This document shows, piece after piece, positions 1-8,700 of a stretch of DNA of 64,000 bases (positions within the stretch are counted from its first letter, which is position 1; each line of letters begins with the position of its first letter). Source of the stretch: Candidatus Daviesbacteria bacterium. GTDB taxonomy: Bacteria; Patescibacteriota; Microgenomatia; Daviesbacterales; UBA10151. The notes beneath the pieces are model-generated. The model was not told the origin of the DNA. It saw only the letters and a list, made by a program, of their open reading frames with translations, and ran no database searches. A program made the position numbers and the translations under genes. The stretch covers positions 5,082 through 69,081 of the forward strand of contig JAUYKM010000007.1 of NCBI GenBank assembly GCA_030699125.1, read 5' to 3'.

Positions 1-140
1 AACACTATTGTAACAACGATTACAATAGTAGTGAAGTTCTCGCAAGCTTTGCTTACTACTTGGCTACCAGGCCGTACACGTATCTTATCAGATTTAGGAT
101 CAAGACAAAAGCCTAATTAGATGTTAAAATATCAACGTTT

Positions 141-215
141 GGGCGGTTAGCTCAGCGGTAGAGCACTTATCTGATAAGTAAGGGGTGAATGGTTCGACAC
201 CATTACCGCCCACCA
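141..215 (+). tRNA. tRNA-Ile (anticodon GAU), CCA encoded
   Basis: Manual cloverleaf: acceptor GGGCGGT/ACCGCCC, D arm GCTC-AGCGGTA-GAGC, anticodon arm CTTAT-CTGATAA-GTAAG (GAU), T arm AATGG-TTCGACA-CCATT, then ACCA. Confidence 0.8.
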
Positions 216-328
216 AATTTTCTTGTGATCCTTATGGATCTAAAGTAAGGGGTCCAAGGTATCAATCCCAAGCGCGCCCACCATCAAAAGTGGTAAAAAC
301 TTTTTTGACAGTTAGTTATAATTAAATT

Positions 329-904
329 ATGACTATAGTTGAAGGAGAAGTAGTCGGGTTGTACTTTAAATCAGTAGATTCTGATGAAATCACTACGGGC
401 AATTTCCTTACTTTTGACAAACCAGGTATCTTCGGGAGTGGCGGAAGGATGGATGTAAGGGCAAGTCATTTTTTTCCAACACGTTTGGAAGATTTCAATC
501 CACTTCGCTTCATTGATAGAAGAAGTACTACTCAATGGTGTGCAGTTTCATTTGAAGAGCTTGAAAGACTTGCTCAGGTAAAAGATTTTCGTAACACATT
601 AGAACTGATACCCCATTTGAGGGTTTTCATAAAAGAAAGAAGAATAGAGGCAGGAATTAATGTCTGTATTAAAGGTATGTCAGGCTTAACAGAATTACCA
701 AGAGGAACCAGACTTACTTTCTCTAATGAGAGGTTTTCAAATGACCAGATTCCCGGTCCGGTGATATTAGGTGTTGAGGAACATGAAGAAATTCTGCTTG
801 ATGGAGAAGAAGTATTAAGAGGTATTGCAGGTGTAGTTCACCAGACAGGAAAGATTGCTATAGGGGCAAAAGTTACGGCGGAAATACCTGTGCTCTCCGC
901 CTAA
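329..904 (+). CDS. hypothetical protein (191 aa), no recognisable motif
   Basis: Uninterrupted ORF with no competing ORF on the other strand; immediately followed (6-bp gap) by the next gene; function not recognised. Confidence 0.45.
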   Translation: MTIVEGEVVGLYFKSVDSDEITTGNFLTFDKPGIFGSGGRMDVRASHFFPTRLEDFNPLRFIDRRSTTQWCAVSFEELERLAQVKDFRNTLELIPHLRVFIKERRIEAGINVCIKGMSGLTELPRGTRLTFSNERFSNDQIPGPVILGVEEHEEILLDGEEVLRGIAGVVHQTGKIAIGAKVTAEIPVLSA

Positions 905-909
905 TCCTA

Positions 910-2559
910 ATGAAATCAAACTTAATAGTATTTATATCACTCATTTTGATCTCCATCCCTGCAATCAAAGACCTGTTTATTTCGGGAGGTTTTACTTCTC
1001 ATGATTTAACCCATCATGTGATCCGCCAGATTTCCATGGATAAGCTTTTATCAGAAGGACAATTTCCACCCAGATGGTCAGGGGAATTAAATAATGGGTA
1101 TGGTTATCCGGTTTTTCTATTTAACTATCCGCTGCCAGCCATGGTGGGCGAAATTTCTCATAAGATGGGCCTGGGATATGTGGATTCTGTTAAGGCTGTG
1201 CTTTTTGCCTCCATGATTGGATCAGTTTTGGGAATGTATCTGTTTTTAAATGCACTTCTAGGATCAAAACCATCTGCTTTTTTGGGGGCAATATTTTATC
1301 TTTATGCCCCCTTAAGATTTCTAACTGTTTATGTTTCATCAGCAGTAGGTTCTGCTTTGGCTCTGGGGATTTTACCTTTTGTTTTTTGGAGTTTAGTGGA
1401 GATTTCAAAAGGCAAAAAGTGGGCAAGTTTGGTGGGGGGAGTTAGTCTGGCAGGATTGATCCTTGCCCATAATGTGACAGCCTTAATTTTTGCTCCGGTT
1501 ATCTTGGCCTCTGCTTGGGGGATTGGGGGGATTAGGAAGATTAGGGGGATTGGGATGATGTTTTTTTTGGGATTGGGATTATCTGCCTGGTTTTGGCTAC
1601 CGGCTTTATTTGAGGCTCAATATACTAGATTTGGAGAAGTCTTTGGCAAATTCTACCAGGATCAGTTTCCCTCCCTTTGGCAATTGATCCGTTCTCCCTG
1701 GGGATATGGATTGTCTCATCCTCAAAATCCTGAGAGTGGGGATATGTCCTATCAGCTAGGATTGATTCATATAGGAGTGATGCTGATTCTAGTTGGATTA
1801 GTTTGGGTGATGAAGAGAATAAGGGAGATTAGGGAGATAGGGGGATTTGCTTTGGCTCTGTTTGGGTTAAGTGTTTTTCTAATGCTAAAAATTAGTTTGC
1901 CTCTTTGGGAAAATATCCCATTTCTTTCCATGGTGCAATTTCCTCTAAGGTTTCAGGCCTGGTCTGTTTTCGCAGCCTCTATTGCAGCTGCCCTATTAGT
2001 TAAATATTTACCATTTAAAAAGTTATTAGTCTTAAGTCTTTTGTTTTTAGTCATTTATGCCAATAGAAATCATTGGCATATCAATGAAGTTTTTGCTCCG
2101 GGAGAAAATTATTATTTAAATCTTAAAACAACCTCTACCTCATATGGGGAACATTTGCCTAAGTGGGGGAAGATTATGGATCAGCCTGCAGTAGGAAAGC
2201 TGGAATTTATAAAGGGCCAAGGTGACATTGGCATAATTATGAATAAATCAGATGAAATCGTGGCTGAAGTAGCGGTTGATAGCGGGGGTAAATTGAGGTT
2301 AAATCAAACCTATTTTCCCGGCTGGAATATAGAAATTGACGGACAAAAAACAAATTTTGACTATTTATCTAACCCCGATTTAATCGGGACTGATGGAGAA
2401 AGTTATGGATTGATGACTTTTGATATAGAGGAGGGGATTCATCTAGTCAGGGCCCAATTTAAAAATACCCCTGTCAGGAATTTGGCTGATGGAATAAGTC
2501 TAATCAGTGTGATAGTGTTTTTGTATGCAGGTTATAACAAAAGATTTTATAAAAAGTAA
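910..2559 (+). CDS. polytopic membrane protein, possible GT-C-type glycosyltransferase (N-terminal multi-TM domain + C-terminal soluble domain)
   Basis: About 10 hydrophobic helices in the first 400 aa, Gly-rich loops, soluble C-terminal 150 aa; architecture typical of PMT/ArnT-like enzymes; function inferred only. Confidence 0.5.
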   Translation: MKSNLIVFISLILISIPAIKDLFISGGFTSHDLTHHVIRQISMDKLLSEGQFPPRWSGELNNGYGYPVFLFNYPLPAMVGEISHKMGLGYVDSVKAVLFASMIGSVLGMYLFLNALLGSKPSAFLGAIFYLYAPLRFLTVYVSSAVGSALALGILPFVFWSLVEISKGKKWASLVGGVSLAGLILAHNVTALIFAPVILASAWGIGGIRKIRGIGMMFFLGLGLSAWFWLPALFEAQYTRFGEVFGKFYQDQFPSLWQLIRSPWGYGLSHPQNPESGDMSYQLGLIHIGVMLILVGLVWVMKRIREIREIGGFALALFGLSVFLMLKISLPLWENIPFLSMVQFPLRFQAWSVFAASIAAALLVKYLPFKKLLVLSLLFLVIYANRNHWHINEVFAPGENYYLNLKTTSTSYGEHLPKWGKIMDQPAVGKLEFIKGQGDIGIIMNKSDEIVAEVAVDSGGKLRLNQTYFPGWNIEIDGQKTNFDYLSNPDLIGTDGESYGLMTFDIEEGIHLVRAQFKNTPVRNLADGISLISVIVFLYAGYNKRFYKK

Positions 2560-3496
2560 AAGAGTTTTGCTTCGGGTAGATATTGACGTACCTTTAGAAA
2601 AGGGGAAAGTTATAGAAGATTTTAGATTAAAGGCCCTTCTGCCCACTCTGAGAATATGTCTTGAAAATGCCAGCAGAGTGATAATGATAGGCCATATTGG
2701 TAGACCTCAAGGTAAAGTAGTGGAAGAATTAAGGGTAAGTCTTGTTGTGGATTGGTTAAAAAGCCAGGGATATGAGAGGGTTTTAGGGAGCGGAAAGTTG
2801 AAAGTCTTAGAAAATTTAAGATTTGACCGGCGAGAGGACAGTTTAGATGAGAGTTTTGCCAAAGAATTAGCCTTAAAAGGGGATGTTTTTGTCAATGAAG
2901 CTTTTGCAGCATATCACCAAGCAGTATCTACCACAGTTTTGCCAACTCTTTTGCCTCATGCAGCCGGATTACACTTTGCCAAGGAAGTCAAGGTGTTAAC
3001 TGGCGTCAGAAATAATCCCAAAAAGCCGTTTGTAGTTATTATGGGGGGAGTAAAAGTAAAAGATAAACTTCCTGTAATTGAAGTTTTATCCAAAAAAGCT
3101 GATGCAGTATTGATAGGAGGAAAACTAATTCATGAAATTAAAGAGCAAAATGTGATTTTGTCTCATAATGTGATGGTGGGGAAGTTAAATGAGGATGGGT
3201 TTGATATTTCCTCAGATACTACCGAGTCCTGGAGAAATTTAATAATTGGAGCTGCACAGATTATCTGGAATGGACCAATGGGCAAATTTGAGGATCCTAA
3301 AAATGATCAAACCAAAAAAGTTGCAGAGATTGTGGTGGAATCCGGGGCAGAAACTATTGTTGGTGGGGGAGATATTATTGCTGCGCTAAATCAGGCTGGA
3401 CTTTTAAATAAAATCTCTTTTGTCTCAGTTGGTGGCGGAGCCATGCTAAAATTTTTAGCAGATGGGACCTTGCCAACCATTAAGGCTTTGTCGTAA
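2525..3496 (+). CDS. pgk: phosphoglycerate kinase (short, 323 aa)
   Basis: N-terminal KRVLLRVDIDVPL (PGK substrate-binding signature, RVDFNVP-like); C-terminal VGGGDIIAALNQAGL (hinge GGGD); directly upstream of gap. Confidence 0.75.
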   Translation: MQVITKDFIKSKRVLLRVDIDVPLEKGKVIEDFRLKALLPTLRICLENASRVIMIGHIGRPQGKVVEELRVSLVVDWLKSQGYERVLGSGKLKVLENLRFDRREDSLDESFAKELALKGDVFVNEAFAAYHQAVSTTVLPTLLPHAAGLHFAKEVKVLTGVRNNPKKPFVVIMGGVKVKDKLPVIEVLSKKADAVLIGGKLIHEIKEQNVILSHNVMVGKLNEDGFDISSDTTESWRNLIIGAAQIIWNGPMGKFEDPKNDQTKKVAEIVVESGAETIVGGGDIIAALNQAGLLNKISFVSVGGGAMLKFLADGTLPTIKALS

Positions 3497-3505
3497 TATC
3501 AAAGT

Positions 3506-4522
3506 ATGTTGAAAGTTGCCATTAATGGCTTTGGCAGAATAGGCAGGACTGCTTTTAAGATAGCTTTAGATAAATTTTCCGATCAATTGGAGATTGTGGC
3601 CATAAATGATTTGGGGGATGCTAAAACACTCTCTCATTTACTTAAATATGATTCCAATTATGGTATTTGGAATCATGATATATCAAATGATGAAAAACAT
3701 ATCATAGTAGATCAAAAGCCCTATTTAGTATTACAGGAAAAAGATCCCCAGAACCTGCCATGGAAAGATCTAAACGTGGATGTAGTGATTGAATCAACTG
3801 GCAGGTTCACTGATCAAAAGGGTTCAAAACTGCATCTTCAAGCAGGAGCTAAAAAAGTGGTCATATCTGCTCCGGCCAAAGGGGATGGTAGTTCTGTTCC
3901 CACACTTCTTTTAGGAGTAAATGATGAGAAATATTCCGGTGACGAGATTATTTCCAATTCATCCTGTACTACCAATTGTATTGCTCCTGTTGCCAAAGTA
4001 ATGAGTGATAAATTCGGTATTTTAAAGGCCATGATGACTACTATCCACGCCTATACTCAGGATCAAAACTTGCAGGATGGTCCACATAAAGATTTAAGAA
4101 GAGCCAGAAGCGCTTCACAAAATATAGTCCCCACCTCAACAGGGGCTGCCATCTCCATTACAGAGGTTATTCCTGAACTTAAAGGAAAATTTGATGGGAC
4201 TTCTTTAAGAGTGCCTGTGGCAGTTGGTTCTATCTCTGATTTTACCTTTCTTTTAAAAAGAAAGGTGACTGTGGAGGAAGTTAATCAATCTTTCAAAGAA
4301 GCTGCAGATAGTTCTGAGATGAAAGGAATCTTGGCTGTCACCGAAGATCCTGTTGTTTCATCTGATATAGTAGGCCGTCCAGAATCAGCCATAGTGGATT
4401 TGAGTCTGACTCAAGTAGTGGATGGGGATATGGTCAAAGTCTTTGCCTGGTATGATAATGAATATGGTTATTCTAATAGATTAATTGAACAGGTAATAAA
4501 TGTAGGTAAAGCTAGCGACTAG
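3506..4522 (+). CDS. gap: glyceraldehyde-3-phosphate dehydrogenase
   Basis: MLKVAINGFGRIGR NAD-binding N-terminus; active-site ASCTTNCIAP motif (SNSSCTTNCIAPVAKV); WYDNEYGYSNR C-terminus. Confidence 0.95.
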   Translation: MLKVAINGFGRIGRTAFKIALDKFSDQLEIVAINDLGDAKTLSHLLKYDSNYGIWNHDISNDEKHIIVDQKPYLVLQEKDPQNLPWKDLNVDVVIESTGRFTDQKGSKLHLQAGAKKVVISAPAKGDGSSVPTLLLGVNDEKYSGDEIISNSSCTTNCIAPVAKVMSDKFGILKAMMTTIHAYTQDQNLQDGPHKDLRRARSASQNIVPTSTGAAISITEVIPELKGKFDGTSLRVPVAVGSISDFTFLLKRKVTVEEVNQSFKEAADSSEMKGILAVTEDPVVSSDIVGRPESAIVDLSLTQVVDGDMVKVFAWYDNEYGYSNRLIEQVINVGKASD

Positions 4523-4559
4523 TTGACATTTTCTATTTTAAAATGAGACAATTATCACG

Positions 4560-5165
4560 ATGAGTGCAGAAAGACGTCATGTACCATTTAGAATAGCTGT
4601 AGTTGCAGCACTTGGTTTAGGAGCTGGAAGTTTAGGAACTCTAGCACTACAGAGATCTTTCCAAGAATCTCAACATACTGAGACACAAGCTCAATTTGCT
4701 AAACTTTTGTCAGTAAATGTAGGAGAAGCTAGATCAATCAGTGAATTTTCAGAAGTTTTTGATACTGTCTTTTCGCATTTAGAGAATGGAGGTTTAAGTG
4801 TCCGTTTACCAGATCATCCGCGCTCACTTACTAGTAATACTATTGAGGTAGTTTTTCAAAATGGAGGAATGGTAGATAGATCTTTAGTGACTGAATATAA
4901 ATTGATAAAAGATAGACTGGGACACTCAATCTTACGCCGTCTTCAGGTAACCACTAGAGATTTCGATACTATACATACGAAAGATTATTACCAGTGGTAC
5001 GATAATCAACCAAGCAGTCCCAATACAATGGATATGCAAGAACAAGGTTGGAGGCAACTGACTAGATCATTTACAGAAGAATTTAATACATTTGTAGAAG
5101 AATATAATAAAGATGTAGATCAAAGAGCGGATTATGATTTACATCCGGAGAAGCGTAAAGGTTAA
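4560..5165 (+). CDS. hypothetical protein with N-terminal hydrophobic anchor (201 aa); cargo of an apparent insertion into the gap 3' end
   Basis: ORF with TM-like FRIAVVAALGLGAGSLGTLAL; no known motifs; lies between gap and a displaced diverged copy of the gap 3' end. Confidence 0.5.
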   Translation: MSAERRHVPFRIAVVAALGLGAGSLGTLALQRSFQESQHTETQAQFAKLLSVNVGEARSISEFSEVFDTVFSHLENGGLSVRLPDHPRSLTSNTIEVVFQNGGMVDRSLVTEYKLIKDRLGHSILRRLQVTTRDFDTIHTKDYYQWYDNQPSSPNTMDMQEQGWRQLTRSFTEEFNTFVEEYNKDVDQRADYDLHPEKRKG

Positions 5166-5188
5166 TAGGTATTCCCCAAGAGTGCCAG

Positions 5189-5205
5189 GCTAAATTTATC
5201 CCATT
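5189..5205 (+). repeat. 17-bp direct repeat GCTAAATTTATCCCATT at the upstream border of TA cassette 1
   Basis: Identical 17-mer at 6312-6328 upstream of TA cassette 2. Confidence 0.7.
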
Positions 5206-5213
5206 TTCATATC

Positions 5214-5250
5214 TTGACAAGACGTACGTAAAAGCGTACGCTACACATAA
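5214..5250 (+). promoter_or_regulatory. promoter/operator upstream of TA cassette 1: TTGACA plus tandem CGTACG palindromes and CATAAT
   Basis: TTGACA at 5214-5219; CGTACG-taaaag-CGTACG dyad at 5223-5240; CATAAT at 5245-5250 just before the ATG at 5252. Confidence 0.4.
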
Positions 5251-5251
5251 T

Positions 5252-5572
5252 ATGACTACAATTTCTGCAAGCACAGCCAGAGCTAATTTATATGACTTGA
5301 TCGATCAAGTTGCCTTGTCCGGTAAAAGGGTAGGTATTACCAAAAAGGGAGAATCAAAGGTTGTATTAATAAGCCAAGATGATTTAGATTCTCTCGAAGC
5401 CACTTTAGATGTCATGTCTGATCCAGAACTTATGGAAGCAATCCGTCAAGGTGACGAGGATATTAAAGCAGGAAGAGTACGTGACTGGGAAGATATAAAA
5501 AAGGAACTAGGGTTAGATTCTAAAACTGATGTATCAAGTCAAACTAAACAATCACGCAGAAAAAGATCTTAA
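5252..5572 (+). CDS. type II antitoxin, Phd/YefM family
   Basis: ARANLYDLIDQV...KVVLISQDDLDSLEATLDVMSDPELMEAI, typical Phd/YefM fold signature; paralogous to 6408..6707; overlaps the downstream toxin by 44 nt (C-terminal extension). Confidence 0.8.
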   Translation: MTTISASTARANLYDLIDQVALSGKRVGITKKGESKVVLISQDDLDSLEATLDVMSDPELMEAIRQGDEDIKAGRVRDWEDIKKELGLDSKTDVSSQTKQSRRKRS

Positions 5573-5780
5573 AAAATTAAGCACTCTTTATAAGCAAAAG
5601 GTAGTTAAGTCTCTTAATTTACTAGCTACAAATCCATTTCTGGGGGATAAGATGAGCGGTGAGTTTATTGGGTCTTACAGAATAAAAATTCCTCCTATTA
5701 GAATTATTTACCAAATAGATCATCAAAATAAACTTGTCCAGGTTAGAGCTATTGGCCACAGACAAGGGGTCTATAAATAG
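5529..5780 (+). CDS. type II toxin, RelE/ParE family
   Basis: 83 aa, MYQVKL...YRIKIPPIRIIYQIDHQNKLVQVRAIGHRQ; RelE/ParE-like C-terminal R/H motif; paired with upstream Phd. Confidence 0.8.
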   Translation: MYQVKLNNHAEKDLKKLSTLYKQKVVKSLNLLATNPFLGDKMSGEFIGSYRIKIPPIRIIYQIDHQNKLVQVRAIGHRQGVYK

Positions 5781-5785
5781 TTAAA

Positions 5786-5940
5786 GTCTTTGCCTGGTAT
5801 ATAATTAACCTAAATATTGTAATGGAATTTACTAGAAGAAGTTGGTTAATCATATTTTCTCGCTTCACGCTCGAAAATGATAATGAGTATGGATATTCCA
5901 ACAGACTAATAGAACAAGTTATTAATGTTGGAAAAGCTTG
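5786..5940 (+). pseudogene. displaced, diverged duplicate of the 3' end of gap (encodes ...FAWY / NEYGYSNRLIEQVINVGKA*), split by about 80 bp of unrelated sequence
   Basis: 18/18 identity of aaagtctttgcctggtat with 4439-4456; then about 75% identity of gataatgagtatggatattccaacagactaatagaacaagttattaatgttggaaaagcttga with 4459-4522. Confidence 0.65.
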
Positions 5941-5958
5941 ATCCCGAATAAAAATTAG

Positions 5959-6312
5959 ATGAATCAACATTTAAACTTCTGGAAGAAAGTTCTAGCTATA
6001 TATTTTGCGGAAGTTTTAATCCTTCTTTTACTCTCCTTACTTTTATTATCCGGGATTTTAGGAGAACCTGGAAGAATATTATTATTGACTATTATATTCG
6101 GGTTTATTGGACTCTGGTATAGGGATATTTCTGCTTTACTTGGTATTACCCCCTTTATCTTAAATGGCATTTTTGGCCTTAAATTATCTAGCGATATGAG
6201 TATTATATGGAGAGTTTTATATACTCTTTTTCTCGGTTTAATTATATGGCCTCTGGTATTACTTACCTTCATTTTAGTAGGGAAACAATTAGGATTACTC
6301 CACAGTTACTAG
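5959..6312 (+). CDS. small integral membrane protein (117 aa, 3-4 TM), hypothetical
   Basis: Very hydrophobic ORF; sits between the two TA cassettes. Confidence 0.4.
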   Translation: MNQHLNFWKKVLAIYFAEVLILLLLSLLLLSGILGEPGRILLLTIIFGFIGLWYRDISALLGITPFILNGIFGLKLSSDMSIIWRVLYTLFLGLIIWPLVLLTFILVGKQLGLLHSY

Positions 6313-6328
6313 CTAAATTTATCCCATT
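6312..6328 (+). repeat. 17-bp direct repeat GCTAAATTTATCCCATT at the upstream border of TA cassette 2
   Basis: Identical to 5189-5205. Confidence 0.7.
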
Positions 6329-6365
6329 GACTATCTGTACAGAATTCTGTAATATCATATTGCCC

Positions 6366-6396
6366 TTGTCAAAAATTGTCATTTAGACAATTTTTG
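6366..6396 (+). promoter_or_regulatory. operator/promoter of TA cassette 2: perfect 11-bp inverted repeat CAAAAATTGTC-attta-GACAATTTTTG overlapping TTGTCA
   Basis: Dyad at 6370-6396 immediately upstream of the GTG start at 6408; typical autoregulatory antitoxin operator position. Confidence 0.45.
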
Positions 6397-6407
6397 CAAG
6401 CGATCTC

Positions 6408-6707
6408 GTGCCAAAGAAAAGGGGGGCGCTCCGATTGATAAAAACTTTACCTATTACTGAAGCAAGAGCTAATTTAACAACCCTTGTTAATAGAGCCAAA
6501 AAGAGACTTGATGAATATATAATAACTGTTAATGGCAGGGCTGCAGTTGTTATTATGTCTGCAGATGAATATGAAGGCTGGAAAGAAACCAACGAGATTT
6601 TAGCAGATAAGAAGCTAATGAAAGATATTAAACAAAGTGAGAAAGAGATTGCTGAAGGTAAATGGAAAGATTGGGAAGATGTTAGAAAAGAATTAGGTTG
6701 GAAATGA
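6408..6707 (+). CDS. type II antitoxin, Phd/YefM family (GTG start)
   Basis: TEARANLTTLVNRA...AAVVIMSADEYEGWKETNEILADKKLMKDIKQSEKEIAEGK; homologous to 5252..5572. Confidence 0.85.
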   Translation: MPKKRGALRLIKTLPITEARANLTTLVNRAKKRLDEYIITVNGRAAVVIMSADEYEGWKETNEILADKKLMKDIKQSEKEIAEGKWKDWEDVRKELGWK

Positions 6708-6710
6708 TAG

Positions 6711-6962
6711 ATGTACCGCCTCATTATATCTCCTAGAGCACAAAAGCATTTCAAAGATATTAAAAAAGAGAATCAAGAAGCAGTTAGAATGGCTATTGAA
6801 GATATCAAAGAAGATCCTTTAATAGGTAAACCATTATCTCGTGAGCTGACAGAAAAATTTTCCTATAGAATAGGAGTTTATAGAATATTATATAAAGTTA
6901 ACCAACAAGATAAAATAGTAACTATTTTATCGGCTCGGCACAGAGGTATTGCTTATAATTAA
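6711..6962 (+). CDS. type II toxin, RelE/ParE family
   Basis: 83 aa; YRIGVYRILYKVNQQDKIVTILSARHR; 3-nt spacing from the antitoxin. Confidence 0.85.
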   Translation: MYRLIISPRAQKHFKDIKKENQEAVRMAIEDIKEDPLIGKPLSRELTEKFSYRIGVYRILYKVNQQDKIVTILSARHRGIAYN

Positions 6963-7033
6963 GTCCAAGTTCCTACCTGTAAGTTCTTCCACCCATTTTT
7001 TAAGAAAATGTTACACTATTACTAGAAAATCTT

Positions 7034-7603
7034 TTGATGAAAGATAAACTGCTCTTGGTAATTATTTTAATAACAGTATTTTTTCTGCTCATAGCAGTAG
7101 GGATAGCCATCTATATTTTCTATAATCCAACATACGATCAGAGCAAGCTAAGATTTATTAAAAATTTACCAATTGCCAGTCGGTTTTTCTCAAGAAATGT
7201 CATGTTTTTATCTACTTCAGGAACAGAATATCAAATTGGAGATGAGATCCCTGTTCGGATTTTAGTAAAGGTAGGTGATTCATCAAATCTATTTGTTACC
7301 AAGATTAAATTTGACAATCAAATATTAGATATGACCAGAATAGATACAGAAGAGACTTTTATAAAATTGTGGGTAGAAAGATATATTGGTGAGGATGAAA
7401 TCTCGTTGGTGGGAGGTGTAGTGAATCCAGGATATGTCACTAAAGCTGAAGGAGAATTGATGGCAACTGTCTATTTTAAAGCTATATCTTTGGGCAAGCC
7501 TAGGGTAATTCTTGATAATAAATCTGCTATCTTTAGGAACGCTGATAATGTTAATATATTGGAGGCACAGGAAAGTTTAACTCTAATAGTTACTGGAAAA
7601 TGA
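7034..7603 (+). CDS. membrane-anchored cohesin-like domain protein
   Basis: N-terminal TM helix; YQIGDEIPVRILVKV...ATVYFKAISLGKPRVIL beta-sandwich pattern resembling cohesin; paralogous to the N-half of the next gene; ATGA overlap with it. Confidence 0.5.
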   Translation: MMKDKLLLVIILITVFFLLIAVGIAIYIFYNPTYDQSKLRFIKNLPIASRFFSRNVMFLSTSGTEYQIGDEIPVRILVKVGDSSNLFVTKIKFDNQILDMTRIDTEETFIKLWVERYIGEDEISLVGGVVNPGYVTKAEGELMATVYFKAISLGKPRVILDNKSAIFRNADNVNILEAQESLTLIVTGK

Positions 7604-8490
7604 AGAATTTATTAGATCGCTATTTCGTAAATTTTGTAAATATTGATAAAAGACTAAAAATAACCATCTTACTTTCTGCTTTGGGATTGGTGATTTTTCT
7701 CATTATTGTTCTAACTGCCCCTTTTGGTGATGAAATTTTTTCCCGTCTTTATCCAAAGCCATTTTCCAGAGCTCTGTCTGAACCAATTACTCCTAAATCT
7801 TCTTACGAACTTATTACCTCTGCTGACTCCTATGAAATAGGGGATCTAATACCAGTAGAGATCGTTGTCCACTCAGATTTAGAAGCAGCCAATCTTTTTA
7901 AAGCTAAAATAAATTTTGATCCAACACTTTTATCTTTTGAGAGTATTGCTTCTACCTCAGCTTTTATTAACAATTGGGCAGAGCAGTATGGAGATAATAG
8001 CTTGGGAGAAGTATCTTTGGTAGGAGGAGTCCCTAATCCGGGTTTTCTGTCTCTTGTCGATGATAATCCGGTGATGACAACTGTTTATTTTAGAGTTTTA
8101 AATGAAGGTACTGTTAATCTAACTTTTGATTTACAAACTACTATGTATAGAAATTCCGACAACGCTCCTATTCAAGTTTCTGCCAATGGTAAAGGAATAG
8201 GTTTGTCCAGGAAAAAGACTCCCACACCATCTCCGACAGCCTCACCTATACCCACCGCAACTCCCATTCCAACATCCAGTCCCACTGCTTCACCGACACC
8301 TAAAGCAGGGGATGGTAATAATGATGGGATAATAGATTTAGTAGATCTGTCCATACTTTTTTCTGATTTCAATAAAACCTCTGGTTTTAGAGAGGCAATT
8401 GATTTAAATAGTGATGGAATCATCAATACTTTTGACTTTTCCTTTATGAGGCTTAAATTAATTGAGGAAGGTGTGATAAGAGAGAGTTGA
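7600..8490 (+). CDS. membrane-anchored cohesin-like domain + Pro/Thr/Ser linker + type I dockerin-like tandem Ca-binding repeats
   Basis: TM helix; cohesin-like core (YEIGDLIPVEIVVHSD...TVYFRVLNEG); TPTPSPTASPIPTATPIPTSSPTASPTP linker; DGNNDGIIDLVDLSILF ... DLNSDGIINTFDFSFM = two DxNxDGxID dockerin loops. Confidence 0.6.
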   Translation: MKNLLDRYFVNFVNIDKRLKITILLSALGLVIFLIIVLTAPFGDEIFSRLYPKPFSRALSEPITPKSSYELITSADSYEIGDLIPVEIVVHSDLEAANLFKAKINFDPTLLSFESIASTSAFINNWAEQYGDNSLGEVSLVGGVPNPGFLSLVDDNPVMTTVYFRVLNEGTVNLTFDLQTTMYRNSDNAPIQVSANGKGIGLSRKKTPTPSPTASPIPTATPIPTSSPTASPTPKAGDGNNDGIIDLVDLSILFSDFNKTSGFREAIDLNSDGIINTFDFSFMRLKLIEEGVIRES

Positions 8491-8515
8491 CAAGCATTTA
8501 ATACTCTGCTAAACT
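8487..8515 (+). promoter_or_regulatory. candidate sigma70-like promoter (TTGACA-17-TAAACT) upstream of tRNA-Ala/23S/5S
   Basis: TTGACA at 8487-8492, 17-nt spacer, TAAACT at 8510-8515; about 185 nt upstream of tRNA-Ala. Confidence 0.3.
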
Positions 8516-8700
8516 TATTTTCAGTGATAATTTCACAAATAATGAGAAGCAACGCAACCATAACTTAACCCTTTCGCGCTAAGGTCTTCCAAGGTGCGGA
8601 AGATTAAGCCTTAGCGTTGTATCCCTCACAAAACAATTTACAATTTTTAATTTTTCAATTTTCAATGATTTGATTGAGGATTGAAAACTGGATCTGAGAT

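Noticed and set aside
219-291. Second tRNA gene after tRNA-Ile
   Set aside because: It cannot fold into a cloverleaf (no complementary T-stem or anticodon stem). It is kept only as a degenerate att-like partial copy in the findings.
1190-1426. Minus-strand 78-aa ORF inside 910..2559
   Set aside because: It is fully embedded antisense in a long membrane-protein ORF with no signals of its own.
6383-6754. Minus-strand 123-aa ORF
   Set aside because: It is antisense to the well-supported Phd/RelE pair and has a low-complexity hydrophobic translation.
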